The notes beneath the pieces are model-generated. The model was not told the origin of the DNA, searched no databases, and saw only the letters and a program-made list of their open reading frames with translations. A stretch of 63,995 bases of DNA, counting the filler, from Chrysochromulina tobinii (Eukaryota), in the NCBI GenBank assembly GCA_001275005.1. It is 7 parts of 7 records of this genome, joined end to end, with 100 filler letters (N's around TTAATTAATTAA, not from the genome) between each part and the next. Parts side by side here need not be neighbours in the genome. Positions count along the whole stretch, not along the records: positions 48,827 to 58,466 come from JWZX01000812.1; positions 58,567 to 63,995 come from JWZX01000821.1; 5 more parts are not named here. One strand, given 5' to 3'. Both the position numbers and the translations under genes were made by a program. Shown here piece by piece: positions 53,368 to 63,995 of the stretch (position 1 is its first letter; every line of letters starts with the position of its first letter).

Positions 53368-54102
53368 ATGTCGGTCCACTATCTCGTTCTCACGCTCAAC
53401 ACAACGACGCGCCGACATTGGGTGCACGATCTCCGTCGCACGCTGCCCAACCTTGAGGTGTACCTCGCCGTCAATGGCTTCGATGAGCGTGCGACATTAC
53501 GAGCGCTTGCACAGTGCAGCCTTAAATACCACATCAACAGCTACTGCGGCTTCTCACGCTTTGGCACGTATGGTAGCCTCGCGTGCTTCTTGACCAAAGT
53601 GCTCGCTCTCACGAGCCAGGTTGCTCGAGAGCTGCCCTTTATGGCCATGCTCGAAGACGACATGCGGCTCAAGCCAGAGTTTCCTGCTTTTGTTGAGCAG
53701 GCCGTTCAAAAGCACTTCGTAACTAGCGCGTCTCCGCCGGAGATTCTGGTTTTGGGCGATTGGGGTGAGGGCTACGTGACCTCGCTTGAGAGCGCGAGGC
53801 GCGTGCTTGCCTCGCTACGACATCAAGGTGTGCCACTCAATGTCGACATCATGCTGAATGCGGGACACGCAGGACGCGCACTCAAAGTCCACGGGACACC
53901 ATGGGTGCACCGCATTTCGCCAAATTTCGGCGACATTCAGTCGACTCCGCACGTGCGCCGCGAGGTACTCATCCGCAACGGGCTCACGGCTCCACGGTCG
54001 TGCACATCAGGCGCTCTTGGGCGCCAGCGAGCCGACGGCAACGCCTGCATGAAGGACTCGCAGGCGGCTCGCACTAAGTATTGCCGCGGCGTCAAAACGT
54101 GA
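53368..54102 (+). CDS. Glycosyltransferase family 25-like protein
   Basis: YLVLTL...RR, AVNG, GSLACFLT, MLEDD, EGYVTSLESARRVL, PLNVD. Confidence 0.65.
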   Translation: MSVHYLVLTLNTTTRRHWVHDLRRTLPNLEVYLAVNGFDERATLRALAQCSLKYHINSYCGFSRFGTYGSLACFLTKVLALTSQVARELPFMAMLEDDMRLKPEFPAFVEQAVQKHFVTSASPPEILVLGDWGEGYVTSLESARRVLASLRHQGVPLNVDIMLNAGHAGRALKVHGTPWVHRISPNFGDIQSTPHVRREVLIRNGLTAPRSCTSGALGRQRADGNACMKDSQAARTKYCRGVKT

Positions 54103-54222
54103 ACCTTTCAATCAATACGGATTTAAGGGTGGTTTTTTAGTTCCAGAGATGGCAGTGCCTGCCCAACGGCAAAGTGACCGCGGATCGGCCGGGCCACATC
54201 GCATGTCAGAAACTGTGCTAGC

Positions 54223-55314
54223 TCAACGCCGGCGTGCAACGACAAGGGCGACCACCACGACCAGCGCTGCCACAGCACCAGTGGCAATCCGAGTACTGCG
54301 CGGCCACTCGTGTGGGCGCCACCTCAGCCCCGCCGGGCCCGTGCCGGGCTTGCGCAGCGCGCCGACCACCCACACCCGATGCATGCGTAATTGGTTCGCG
54401 CGGTTGACGACGAGGCGACGGTCGTAGCCTGCAGACTCGATCTCTAGCCCGGCACCGGCGGCGAGGGCGGTGAGGGCTTCTGTGGTGAAGAAGACGGCAG
54501 TGGTGCCGTCGCCTCGTGCGTACCACTCGCAGCCATGCCCCTCGCCCAGGCGTGCGCCCGGGTTGGACGCGAACTTGAGCTGCTTGAGGTCGAGCCTACC
54601 GTAGTCGCGAAAGAGCAATTGGCCTCCCGGTCGCAGGCACGCGGCAAGGTGCGAGAAGGCGCGAGGCAGCGCCTCGGGAGGCAACGCCGAGAGAGTGAAG
54701 ATGGCCAAGACCGTATCGACACCGCCCTTCGGCACCGGCGCGTCCGCGGGCAGTGGCGTGCCAATGTCCCAGATGAAAGCCTGGCCGCGGCCCGTGAGTT
54801 CTTCTCGAGCGAGGCGCTCGTTGGCCTTTCCGACGGCGAAGGCCGAATGATCGCAACCGAGCGCGCGAACACGTGAGCCGAGCGTCAGCAGTGGCAGCAG
54901 CGTGTTGCCGACGCCACACCCGGTTTCGAGGATAGTCAGTTCGTGCCCCGCTCCACACCGATCAGCAGAGCGCAGCAGCGTGGGGTACTCGTTCAGCAAC
55001 CACCGTCGATCGTGATAGTTGCGCAGGTTTTCCATGTAATGCTCGTCCCAGCGTGCTGCCGCCTCGCGCCTGCATACGTCAGCGCGCGCGGCGTCGGCCA
55101 CGGGCTGCGCACGCACGATTTTTTCTGCAGCTTGCTGTTCCTCAGCAGTGCGGCCGACATTATCCCACGCGTTTTGCTGCAGCACTAGCGCATCATCCGC
55201 ACCGGCTGGCAGCACACGACTCCGCTCGCGGCGCGCGGTGGGCGCAGGCGCGGTTTTTTCGCTCGCCCAGCGCTCGTTGGCGCGGGCCTTGCGTCGGGTC
55301 GCCCCCTCGGCCAT
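54223..55314 (-). CDS. METTL2/METTL6 (Trm140)-like tRNA m3C methyltransferase with a C-terminal hydrophobic tail
   Basis: DRRWLLNEY, ILETGCGVGNT, IFTLSAL, LFRDYGRLDL, YARGDGT..FFT, DRRLVVNR..MHRVWV. Confidence 0.88.
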   Translation of the reverse strand: MAEGATRRKARANERWASEKTAPAPTARRERSRVLPAGADDALVLQQNAWDNVGRTAEEQQAAEKIVRAQPVADAARADVCRREAAARWDEHYMENLRNYHDRRWLLNEYPTLLRSADRCGAGHELTILETGCGVGNTLLPLLTLGSRVRALGCDHSAFAVGKANERLAREELTGRGQAFIWDIGTPLPADAPVPKGGVDTVLAIFTLSALPPEALPRAFSHLAACLRPGGQLLFRDYGRLDLKQLKFASNPGARLGEGHGCEWYARGDGTTAVFFTTEALTALAAGAGLEIESAGYDRRLVVNRANQLRMHRVWVVGALRKPGTGPAGLRWRPHEWPRSTRIATGAVAALVVVVALVVARRR

Positions 55315-55454
55315 CGCCACCCGCGAATTGACCGTTCACGGTCACAAGGCAAAGAGCCAATGTGCGCGGTGTTTTTCTAACTTGTATCTAACAAAAACCC
55401 GCGGGGAGCGGTCGGCTTTGGGGCTGCGGCTGTTGAGTCGGCCGCTGATTCGGT

Positions 55455-55617
55455 CGTCGCTCTGACGTGCGGGGGTGTTGGTGTCGGTTTGGATGGTTGT
55501 GTCGTTGAGAGGTTCGTCTGTGTGATCCGTGTGCCCATGAGCAAAAAGCTTGCTTGTGTGCCCGTGTGCGCCGCGTGTCCCGTGTGTGTCCCGGCTCACC
55601 CCGGTGTCTTTTTACCG
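55455..55617 (-). mobile_element. Partial copy of the CGGTAAAAAGACACCGGG MITE-like family
   Basis: Reverse complement reads CGGTAAAAAGACACCGGGGTGAGCCGGGACACACACGGGACAC. Confidence 0.6.
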
Positions 55618-56258
55618 TATACATGTAGTACAGTACCGTGTTTGCAAATGAAAAATTGTGAGATCTCGTGTCTTCAGTCTTGTGGGCGCCGCCCTGCGCA
55701 TGCGGCGCGAACGCGCGATCGCCTTCCGTGTGCTCGCGCCCACGCCCACCAATTGTGAATTGACGCTCACTCGCTCCTCTTGACCCCCCCTTTCTTCGTC
55801 GTCACGAAGGAGTGGCTCCAAGCCAAGCTGATGTCTCCGATACCCGATAGTACAAAATTGCGATAGTAGAATATCATAATTTACGCGATCCTCGGACGCG
55901 GATCGTGAGAGACCACGGCCAGCGTGGCAGCGAGTCTAGTTCAGTGCGCTAACGCGCTAAGACCCAGCTGGCCCACCAGGCGACCAGCGCTTGAGCATTC
56001 TTGTGCGTAAACGTAAAGCATACTTGGGTCTGTGACACGTTGTATGTGGGGCGTATCGGAGACACGATCGAAGACTTGATGGAGCGAGAGTTATTCAAGC
56101 TTCGCAACATTGTACATGTTCCTCTCCGCCCCCGTTCGCGCGTGTTCGGTACACGATACACTTCAGGTACACTTCGCGAAGCAACGCGCCACGCACGCGT
56201 TACGCGACCTTCTCTGACGTGTAATGTGTATCACAAAGCACAGATCTCAGATGTGGCC

Positions 56259-57218
56259 TCATGGTAAAACTCCTGCTTTCTCGCTCATCCTATTGCGTAG
56301 GAACTCCGCTGCCAACTGTTGGACCGTCGACGCGGCTTCATCCTTGGCGGCCTCCTTGACGGCCATATTGCGTAGGAACGCCGCTGCCAACTGTTGGACC
56401 GTCGACGCGGCTTCATCCTTGGCGGCCTCCTTGACGGCCATATCCTCAGCGCTCGCATATCCCATGGCGATGGCTGTTGCCTCTCGTTCCTCGGCAGCCG
56501 GGTCCTTGCCTGCCTTCGAGTGCTCGAGGCACTTGGACAAGGCGCCGGAGCTGCATGCAACGGCGGCGGACGGTAATCGGGTGACGCCTGCGACCATGGA
56601 TGCCGTGCAAGCCTCTCCCTGCTGTCGCACAGTCTGCAAGCAGGTTGCTTGAGCTCCTGCTACGACGGCTGCGGTGGATGCGATGGCTGCATTCGAGGCC
56701 TGAGCGACTGAGTCCAAGAACGGTGCGAGGGCGACTGCGGCAGATGCAAAGGCCGCACCCATGGCGCCCTTCATTGTCGTCCACTGCTTTTCAAGCTCGG
56801 CTTTCATGGCCGCGCGGGCTGCCTCCTCCTCCTTCTCGCGCTTTTTCCGCAGATACTCCGCCGCCGCCAATTGGACCGCCCCCGCGGCAGCGTCCTTGGC
56901 GGCAGCCTGTGCATCCATTTCCGCAGCGCTCGCAAATCCATTGGCTTTAGCTGTCTCCTCTCGCTCCTTGGCCTTCACCTCCGCCTGGATCTGCTGAATG
57001 AGCGGCAGCATGTCGATGCCTCGCCTGTCAGCATAACTGCAAACGTCCAGCTTGCTGGCAAAGTTCATGCGCCTCACATACTCGCTGTCGATGCTGTGGT
57101 CCTGGATGAGCACAAACTCTTTGATGCGCGCGTACGAAATGTCGCGGAGCTCCTCATCGTACTTGCTGCGCGATGAGCGGTTCGTCCCGATAAACGGGAA
57201 GCGGCGAGGGCGTGGCAT
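56259..57218 (-). CDS. Hypothetical Ala-rich helical protein with repeated MAVKEAAKDEAASTVQQLAA units
   Basis: ~320-aa ORF with a 78-nt internal tandem duplication. Confidence 0.55.
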   Translation of the reverse strand: MPRPRRFPFIGTNRSSRSKYDEELRDISYARIKEFVLIQDHSIDSEYVRRMNFASKLDVCSYADRRGIDMLPLIQQIQAEVKAKEREETAKANGFASAAEMDAQAAAKDAAAGAVQLAAAEYLRKKREKEEEAARAAMKAELEKQWTTMKGAMGAAFASAAVALAPFLDSVAQASNAAIASTAAVVAGAQATCLQTVRQQGEACTASMVAGVTRLPSAAVACSSGALSKCLEHSKAGKDPAAEEREATAIAMGYASAEDMAVKEAAKDEAASTVQQLAAAFLRNMAVKEAAKDEAASTVQQLAAEFLRNRMSEKAGVLP

Positions 57219-57510
57219 CCAAGAGGGGTATCGAGGGCCCACGTTTTTTGGCAGCGCGAAGTGCGCTGAATCCGGAAGTTTTGACGAAGCTCAGAAAACT
57301 TGGTCGTGAAGGTTGCAAAAGCAGCCTGGTGAGCGCCAGGGGTGAGCGCGACCCCAAAATGTAAGGATGGGGTGGGGTGGGGTGGATGGTGGGAACGAGG
57401 AATGTGGTGGAGGGTAGGAGGGATCACAACAAGGGATCACAACTCACGATGTGGCGGCCGCCCGGGCCGCGAGATCGTCTCGAAAGGCCTTTCTACTTGC
57501 GTTTTCTTGC

Positions 57511-58466
57511 TCAAGTTCAAGTTCAAGTTACTTCATAAACGACAGACAACCTAACGGAAGCCTATCGAATGTGCTCTCGAGGCTAGCAGTGGGGGTGAGA
57601 GTCGACGGAGATGGTGAGACACAACGGAAGGAGCACGAACAGAAAGAAGACCAGGAGGAGACACGCCACAAGGTGCTAGTCTGCGAGTGAGTGAGTGAGT
57701 GAGTTATTGAGACACAGACACACCGTGGAACAATACGGGGTACGGGTCGAGATATCTACTGAGGCTCATAAGGTATCCCATAGCAGCACACGCAGTTCCC
57801 TCACCGGACACTCGTGGCCATGTTTTGAATCTAACGATTCGTGTCGGGTGTCGATATGCTCTCTCCATGCCCCACACCACTGCCCGGCGAAACTGCCAAC
57901 CCCCCCGTGGGAGGAACAGACGCTGTATCGGTCATGCAGTGGGTGAGTCCCTTGCGGGTATGCAGCTATGCACGGATGTGTACCCACATGGCATACGACT
58001 GGTCGACGGGACGTGAGAGAGCCGCTGGTTTGGCCCGTTAGGGCTTCCCCCTCCCACTGTCCGTCCCGTCGACCCCCTGTCGTTCGGTTGCGTTTCGTTG
58101 GCCCGCCGGCCGCGAGGTCGGGGTCGCCGCCCCGGCTCCGAAGAGCCAGGCGAACGAGTAGGAGCCTTGCGGCGACCCCCTCACGTGCTTGACTGCCCGT
58201 TAAGGCCATGTCCATCAGAGATACAGGATTTGGTGGTCACCTTGCCGATCAGATAGAGCATCACGATCTCGTACTTCCGGGCTCGGGGGTTGCCCTTTGC
58301 ACCGGGAAGTTGGTCCCGCAGCAGTCACTCGCGGGGTAGGGCTGACCCACGCGAGGAGCCGTAAACCTGTCGAGGACCGTCCTCCGGCGCGTATTATCGC
58401 GGGTAGACTTGTGCCCATCAGCCGAGCTCTCTCTCTCTCTCTTGATGTACTGCGAGATGCGAAAAA
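57511..58466. mobile_element. Nested retroelement-like remnants: (TTCAAG)n-tailed repeat, (GAGT)n tract and LTR-end-like repeat
   Basis: Matches 39379-39466 and the reverse complement of 2511-2580; no clear protein motif. Confidence 0.45.
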
Positions 58467-58566
58467 NNNNNNNNNNNNNNNNNNNNNNNNNNNNNNNNNN
58501 NNNNNNNNNNTTAATTAATTAANNNNNNNNNNNNNNNNNNNNNNNNNNNNNNNNNNNNNNNNNNNN
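58467..58566. other. Artificial contig spacer
   Basis: N44-TTAATTAATTAA-N44. Confidence 0.98.
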
Positions 58567-60830
58567 GCCGCGCATGCTGACGCATGGTAGTGTAAGCGAT
58601 GGGTAGCGCGTTGTCATAGAACGCGATCATCGTGGCGTCGGACGGCGGTGCGTTTCCCGTGCGCTGAATGGCGGCGCTCTCGGACATCATCATATCGAAC
58701 TGACGACGGAGGTCTGCCTCCGAGATATCACTGCGGGCGTCGATCGTGCGAGACTGCAACCTCGCTAGGTGAGCGGCATGGTCGCCGCCGTCGCCTGCGT
58801 TGGCGTCGAATGCCTTACGCAAGTACTCAATTGCAGCGACGCCGTCATTGAGGTGCGTGTTGTAGAGGGACGTGACCAACCATGCCGGCATGGCCTGAAC
58901 GAGGAGGCCGTAGAGCTGGGTGTTGTCGTTCGCCCACTTCTCACATGCGTCGTTCGCCTCCTTGATCTCCGCCGCGTTAAGGACGACCTGGGCGGTGTTC
59001 ATCCAGGCTAGACGGGCGGCGTTGGCGGCGTCAATCTCAGCCTGGTTAGTGGTGCTACCATCGGTCGCGAGGATGGGCGCAGGAGGAGCGGGAGGCTCCG
59101 GCGCCACCCGTCCCATCGTGGGCGGTGGCGCGGCGGGAGGCTTAGGCCTGGTGCCAGCGACGAGGGACGCGGCGGAGACGAGCTTATAGGCGACGTAGGC
59201 CGAGAAGAGCATGAACCATGCCGTGAAATCGATGCGCTCGCCACTGAAGCTCGGCACGCGCTTACTCTCGTCACCGGCGGAGCTCACGAGGGGGAACATG
59301 GCCAAGATCCATAAGGGTCTCATACGCGGCATCATCACCGCCATTGGGGAGCGAAAACGCAGGTAGGTAGCGACGAGTAGGGAGTCGAGGGCGCGCCGGG
59401 CTATGCCCGAGCGTCCAGACTGAAAGCAGGCGTGGGCAACCAGGCAGTCGCGAGTGCGAAGGAGCCTAACCGTGATGGCTAGCCCGACGTTGAGTGTGAA
59501 GCCCTCGGTGCGCTTGATCGCCCGCGAGCCAAGACGACAGGCGCGGGCGGTAATGATCGTCAGCACGATGAGGGCGACGCGCGCGTACACGGAAGCGACC
59601 TGGCGACGGTGAGGCACCGAAGGATCACCAGCATCGCCGAATACCATCATCACGTAGCGATGGGTTTGCATTAGTTTGTCGAGCCGAGCGGGAGCCGTGA
59701 GATCACGCAGCGCCCGCCGAATGTCGTGGCGATTATCACGGGTGGGGCGGCGCTTCTTACCAACCCACCCGCGATGCAGGGCGCCCGCGAGCTCGGCGAT
59801 GGCTGGGTCACGAAGGGCAGTCCAGTGATCGAAAGCGCTGGCCAGGCACGCCAGGGTGGTGGCCAAGCGACGGGTGGTGGCGATCGCAATGGTACCAGCG
59901 AGAGTGATGCATTCGATCAGAAACCAGGTCAGAGGCGTCGTGACCGAGTCAACAATGGCCAGGGTGATGAAACCAACGATCTGAGTGACCAAGGATGTGA
60001 ACAGTACCATGTCAACAATCAACGCAGCGAGCGTGGTGGCAACATAGTAGGCAACCATGAGGAGGACGAGTAAACCGGCAAGTGACAAGGCGGGTAACCA
60101 GGCGAGCGACAAGCGGGCCAGCCCGATTAGAGTGGTGATGACATAGTTAGCAGCCACAAGTGGGGCTAGGAGGAGTAAGGCCAACGGGAGGAAGGTGGTG
60201 ACGACGGCCATGCGCCAGATGGCCCATGCGCCCGAAGCACCCTGCATACCCAGGGCGTGGTTGTGATCAACCCATCGTCCTCGACCAGTACGGGCGCTGC
60301 CACGCTCACGCCCATCGTGCAAACAAGACTGGAGCACGAGGTTGAAGAGGTGGGTGGCAGCACTCAGGGCACCAAGCGAAATGAGGAGCACCAACCGGGC
60401 CCATGCACGGGGCTGGATCATGAACCAGGCCAGAAGCATAAACATGACGCCCACATCATATACGCGGTGTGGGTGCATAGCCAGTCGCCTAGTTAGTTAA
60501 CGTTTTTCAACTCTTTAAACTGTTCCAGCCGAGCCCAGGAAAAGCGCTGTTATGTGTTGAGCGCAGGCCTTGTCTCTCAATTAGCCTTCTGCGAGCAGCA
60601 GAGGATCGTTGGGGATTTTCCCCCATGGCGTGTGTGGCATCTAAAGAGAGAGGACGGACGAAACCTGTGATGATTACTTACGAGACCATTCAGCTGTACG
60701 GTACGCGTTCGGTAATGTTCGAAACAGCCTACTGTAAATCAAGTCTGAAGCCTACCGGTACACAGCACTGCTCCCCCCGAGTGAGTGAGTGTGAGTCTCT
60801 CACTCACTGAGACTCTCACTCTCACTCGCC
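58567..60830 (-). mobile_element. 5' part of a Copia-like LTR retrotransposon; gag-like ORF 60478 to the gap with a long hydrophobic N-terminal extension
   Basis: VPSFSGERIDFTAW...LYGLLVQAM...DGVAAIEYLRKAF...NALPIAY resembles Copia gag; upstream region is bounded by GAGT/CTCA repeats. Confidence 0.6.
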
Positions 60831-61302
60831 CCCTCCGGTGTTTTCAGTTTTCTGAAATCACCGGGGGGAGCCGGGAAAAACGTTCAGCCGGTCTCGAGTC
60901 CATCTGTCATCATTCCATGTGTGGTTATAATACTGGGACTTATCTGAAAACCCGGTACTGTATACTGGTACTGCGTCTTGCCCAGATGGCAATTAAACGT
61001 GAGCGTGACAAGCGTGAACTGTTCTGTAGGTGCAGGCTGTGGAGTCTCCGCTGCTTCTGTGTAGTTCAGATGAAACGCAATTCAAGTTTCAACACGCGAC
61101 CACGTAGCACCGGTTGCGCGTCTGTCGTGTTAACGTTCACAGGGTTCACGGAACTTGGTTCGGATAGCAAATCGGGAGAGCCAATCGCACTCCTCCCCGT
61201 TTTCCCCACAGGGGAGTCGGCCCGGCGCCGGCGGGATATCTCACGCTCGGCGGGGGAGCCCCCATTCACAATGAGAAAAGAGGGGCTGAGCCAATCGGGA
61301 GA

Positions 61303-62793
61303 ATGTCGAGATCGAGCTGCGCACTACTCGTCGTCGGCGCGGCGGTGGTCGCCGGTGCTTTCACCGGCGGCGGCCTTTCCGTGGTCGTGCGCTCTCCGGT
61401 GGCAGCACTACGTCGTGCCGCCGTCAGCCCGACAATGGAATTCATTCCTGGCGAGACGTGCACCGGGGAGCGTGTGGCGGTTGTCGGCGCCACTGGATAC
61501 ATTGGCAAGGCTGTTGTTCGCGACCTGGTACGACGAGGCTATCCAACGAGTGCGGTGGTGCGCGATGCCGCCCGCGGTGCTGCTGAGCCCAAGTTCGAGG
61601 GTGCCACCATCGTCGAGGCCGACGTGTGCGACCCGAGCAGCCTGGCCAAGAGTGCTGCCTTCAGCAAGGGAGGCGTGGACGTCGTTGTCAGCTGCCTGGC
61701 GAGCCGCTCGGGATCGAAGAGCGACTCGTTCGCCATCGACTACCAGGCCACGCTCAACAGCCTCAACGCCGCGCGCGCGGCCGGCGCGCGCCACTTTGTG
61801 CTGCTCTCGGCCTACTGTGTCAAGTCGGCGGAGCGCAGAGATCCGTACGCGTTGCAGTTCCAATACGCAAAGATGAAGATGGAGGAGGCGCTGCGTGCGC
61901 AGAGCGACATGACGTACAGCATCGTGCGCCCGACCGCCTTCTTCAAGTCCGTCAGTGGGCAGGTGGAGGTCGTCAGCGGCGGTGCACCCTTTGTCTATTT
62001 TGACCTCGGAGGCTCACCGTACAAGTCATCACACGGCGACGGTAAGTGCGCCGCGTGTAACCCTATCTCGGAGCCCGACTTGGCGGCCGCGCTGGTGGAC
62101 ACGATCGCCGACCCGTCGAAGTGCAACGCGCTGTGGAATCTCGGAGGGCCCGACGTCGGCCTCTCGATGCGCGAGCAAGGCGAGCTTGTGGCGGACGTTC
62201 TTGGGAAGGAGGAGGCGAAGCTGCTTGGCGTACCGATCGGCATCTTCGATGTGATCATCAACGGGCTGCAGGCGAGTGCCCTCTGAGTGCCGCTCTGATG
62301 GCCAATGATTGCCTCTCGTGACCACTGATGGGCGACTGTGCTCATCCACGGGCTTCAGTTCTTAGCTGACACGTTCAAGTCCCCGAAGCTCGAGGATGCT
62401 GCCGAGTTCGGGCGCATCGGGCGCTACTACGCGATCGAAGACATGCTGACCACCGACCCGTCCGAAAAGTACGCAGCGCATGCTTCTGATCGCCTCAGAA
62501 TGCTGCCCCTCGGAGTGCCCTCTAATTGCCCTCTAATTGCCCTCTAATTGCCCTCTAATTGCCCTCTAATTGCCCTCTAATTGCCCTCTAATTGCCCTCC
62601 GAGTGCCCTCCGAGTACCCTCTGATTGCCAATGAGTGCCGCTGAGTGCCTTCCTCATCAGGTACGGTCGCACCACGCTGCGCGAGCACTATGCACGGATC
62701 GCAGTTGAAGGTCAGGAGTATGATCCGTACACGAGCATGTTTGGTAGCAAGAAGGCCAAGGAGGACTTCGCCAAGCAGGCCAAAGGCGTGTGA
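61303..62793 (+). CDS. DVR: Divinyl chlorophyllide a 8-vinyl reductase, plastid-targeted, 403 aa (exons 61303-62271, 62359-62468, 62661-62793)
   Basis: [65 protein letters not shown]; signal peptide with an AF motif; one GC-AG and one GT-AG intron. Confidence 0.92.
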
Positions 62794-63272
62794 GCGTGTG
62801 CATCGCTGCGGACGAGAGCATGGTGTAATGAACTGCACCCGTGCACCCTGACCCAGAAGCCAGATGGATGGGGTTAGTCTTGACCGATGTGCTTGGGTTT
62901 GGCGGCGACCTGGCGCGCGTCGGTCACACGCGTCTCGGAGCGGGGGCCCAGCACGGGACTCTGGATATGATGACCGATGCGTGGTGCAGTTCTGGTACGT
63001 TTGGTGTACTGTCAGGGAGAGCGGATTTAGGAATCCAAAGGGGATAGTGACGGTGCACGCGGTATGACGCGGCTTGAGGCAGGCGATCGAGGCTGCGGCG
63101 ACGGACACCCTCGGCATACCCTCGGTACTCCTATCACCTATGATGCGAATGATCTCGGTATAAACTCCCTATCTTGGTGGCTCCCCGCAGCTCCACCCCA
63201 GGCACGACCTTCTCAACTGTGAATATTGTACTGTAGGTGCCTTCTCGGAAAACCGCAAGCTCCGGCCTTTGC

Positions 63273-63612
63273 GTGTGAACGTTAACACGACAGACGCGAC
63301 AGCCGGTGCTACGGCACTGTTACTGCCCGCTCAGAACACACACACCTTACATGACCCCAAACGAGACGCGTAGCATGCGCGCGCTGGCGGCGTTGAGGAT
63401 GGTCTGGGCGTCGGCGGTTTGGATGGCGGTGGAGATGAGACGTGTGAACGTTACCGGGTAACGCACGACTGCCGGTGTTACGGCACTGTTACTGCCCGCT
63501 CAGAATAAACACACCTTACACGACCCCATATGAGACACGGAGCCGTATGCTCGCGCTGGCGGCGTTGAGGATGGTTTGGGCGTCTCGGCGGAGATTGGAT
63601 GGCGGTGGATAT
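63273..63612. repeat. Diverged ~170-nt tandem duplication; the first unit contains an inverted copy of 61103-61140
   Basis: CCGGTGyTACGGCACTGTTACTGCCCGCTCAGAA and GCGCTGGCGGCGTTGAGGATGGT each occur twice. Confidence 0.8.
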
Positions 63613-63995
63613 GTTGGCAACGTGGTGCGTGAGGAAGCTGCGGGGGACGCGCGGCCCTCGCCGTATCGTGTGTTGTCGGTGGCGCCGGGGCGTGTGAGCC
63701 GGCGGTCGACGTGTTCGCGCTCCGGCAAATAAACCCGTTCGTCCCCTGGTCAAAAGACAACGAGGGGAACCACGTACAGTACTCGTACTGGTGGGAATCC
63801 TACCCTAATCGCCCACAGGCGCAGCTCAGAAGTCTGCCAAAGTTTGTCAACATCAGTTCTGAATAAGACTCGTTACTTCCGAAACCCGAACTTCTGCGTT
63901 TTCGTTTTGGGGGAGGCGGCGTTTTGGGCGTGGTGGATCCCACAGGGTCGCCCTGGCGACGCCCTGGCGACGCACGCTGTCCGCGCACTGAGGCC

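Noticed and set aside
5841..58566. Recurring TTAATTAATTAA within N runs
   Set aside because: Artificial six-frame-stop contig linker; ORFs ending in X...LIN and cross-gap gene neighbourhoods are artefacts.
1..63995. tRNA or rRNA genes
   Set aside because: None recognised by eye; tRNAscan-SE or Infernal would be needed to exclude them.

Overview
GC-rich eukaryotic DNA from a photosynthetic alga. A plastid-targeted divinyl chlorophyllide reductase, the Cys-rich modules and the intron style suggest a haptophyte, possibly Chrysochromulina-like; this is inference. The window is seven contigs joined by artificial 100-nt N44-TTAATTAATTAA-N44 spacers, so adjacency across spacers is not biological. 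Recognisable genes encode a TLC-domain protein, an MLLE-domain protein, a KDEL protein, an 8-exon diacylglycerol kinase, the 3' part of a ferlin (at least 14 exons), a HET-like/MORN protein with one in-frame stop, GT61- and GT25-like glycosyltransferases, a ~1750-aa PH/propeller/CBM/TRP-like channel, RluA, a PhyH-family oxygenase, PIG-X, a BCS1-like ATPase, a tandem Cys-rich gene pair, a CBM1 protein, a METTL2/6-like methyltransferase and DVR. There are also a MULE-like transposon, a Copia-like gag and several small repeat families. The main finding is the intron architecture. I resolved 24 complete introns in DGK, ferlin, the channel and DVR, and removing them restores continuous reading frames. 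Most are built from three parts: (i) 5-66-nt copies of their own flanking exons, sometimes of the spliced exon-exon junction; (ii) one of two shared 3' splice-site modules (TGCATGC..GCTCACCACGGCGCC-Y-CACAG, 10 copies, or CCTCATCAG); and (iii) sense-oriented 10-11-nt tandem arrays of branch-point-like CTGAT/CTAAT motifs with stops in all frames. This looks like an ongoing duplicate-and-cap mechanism of intron gain that differs from classic fixed-TSD Introners.
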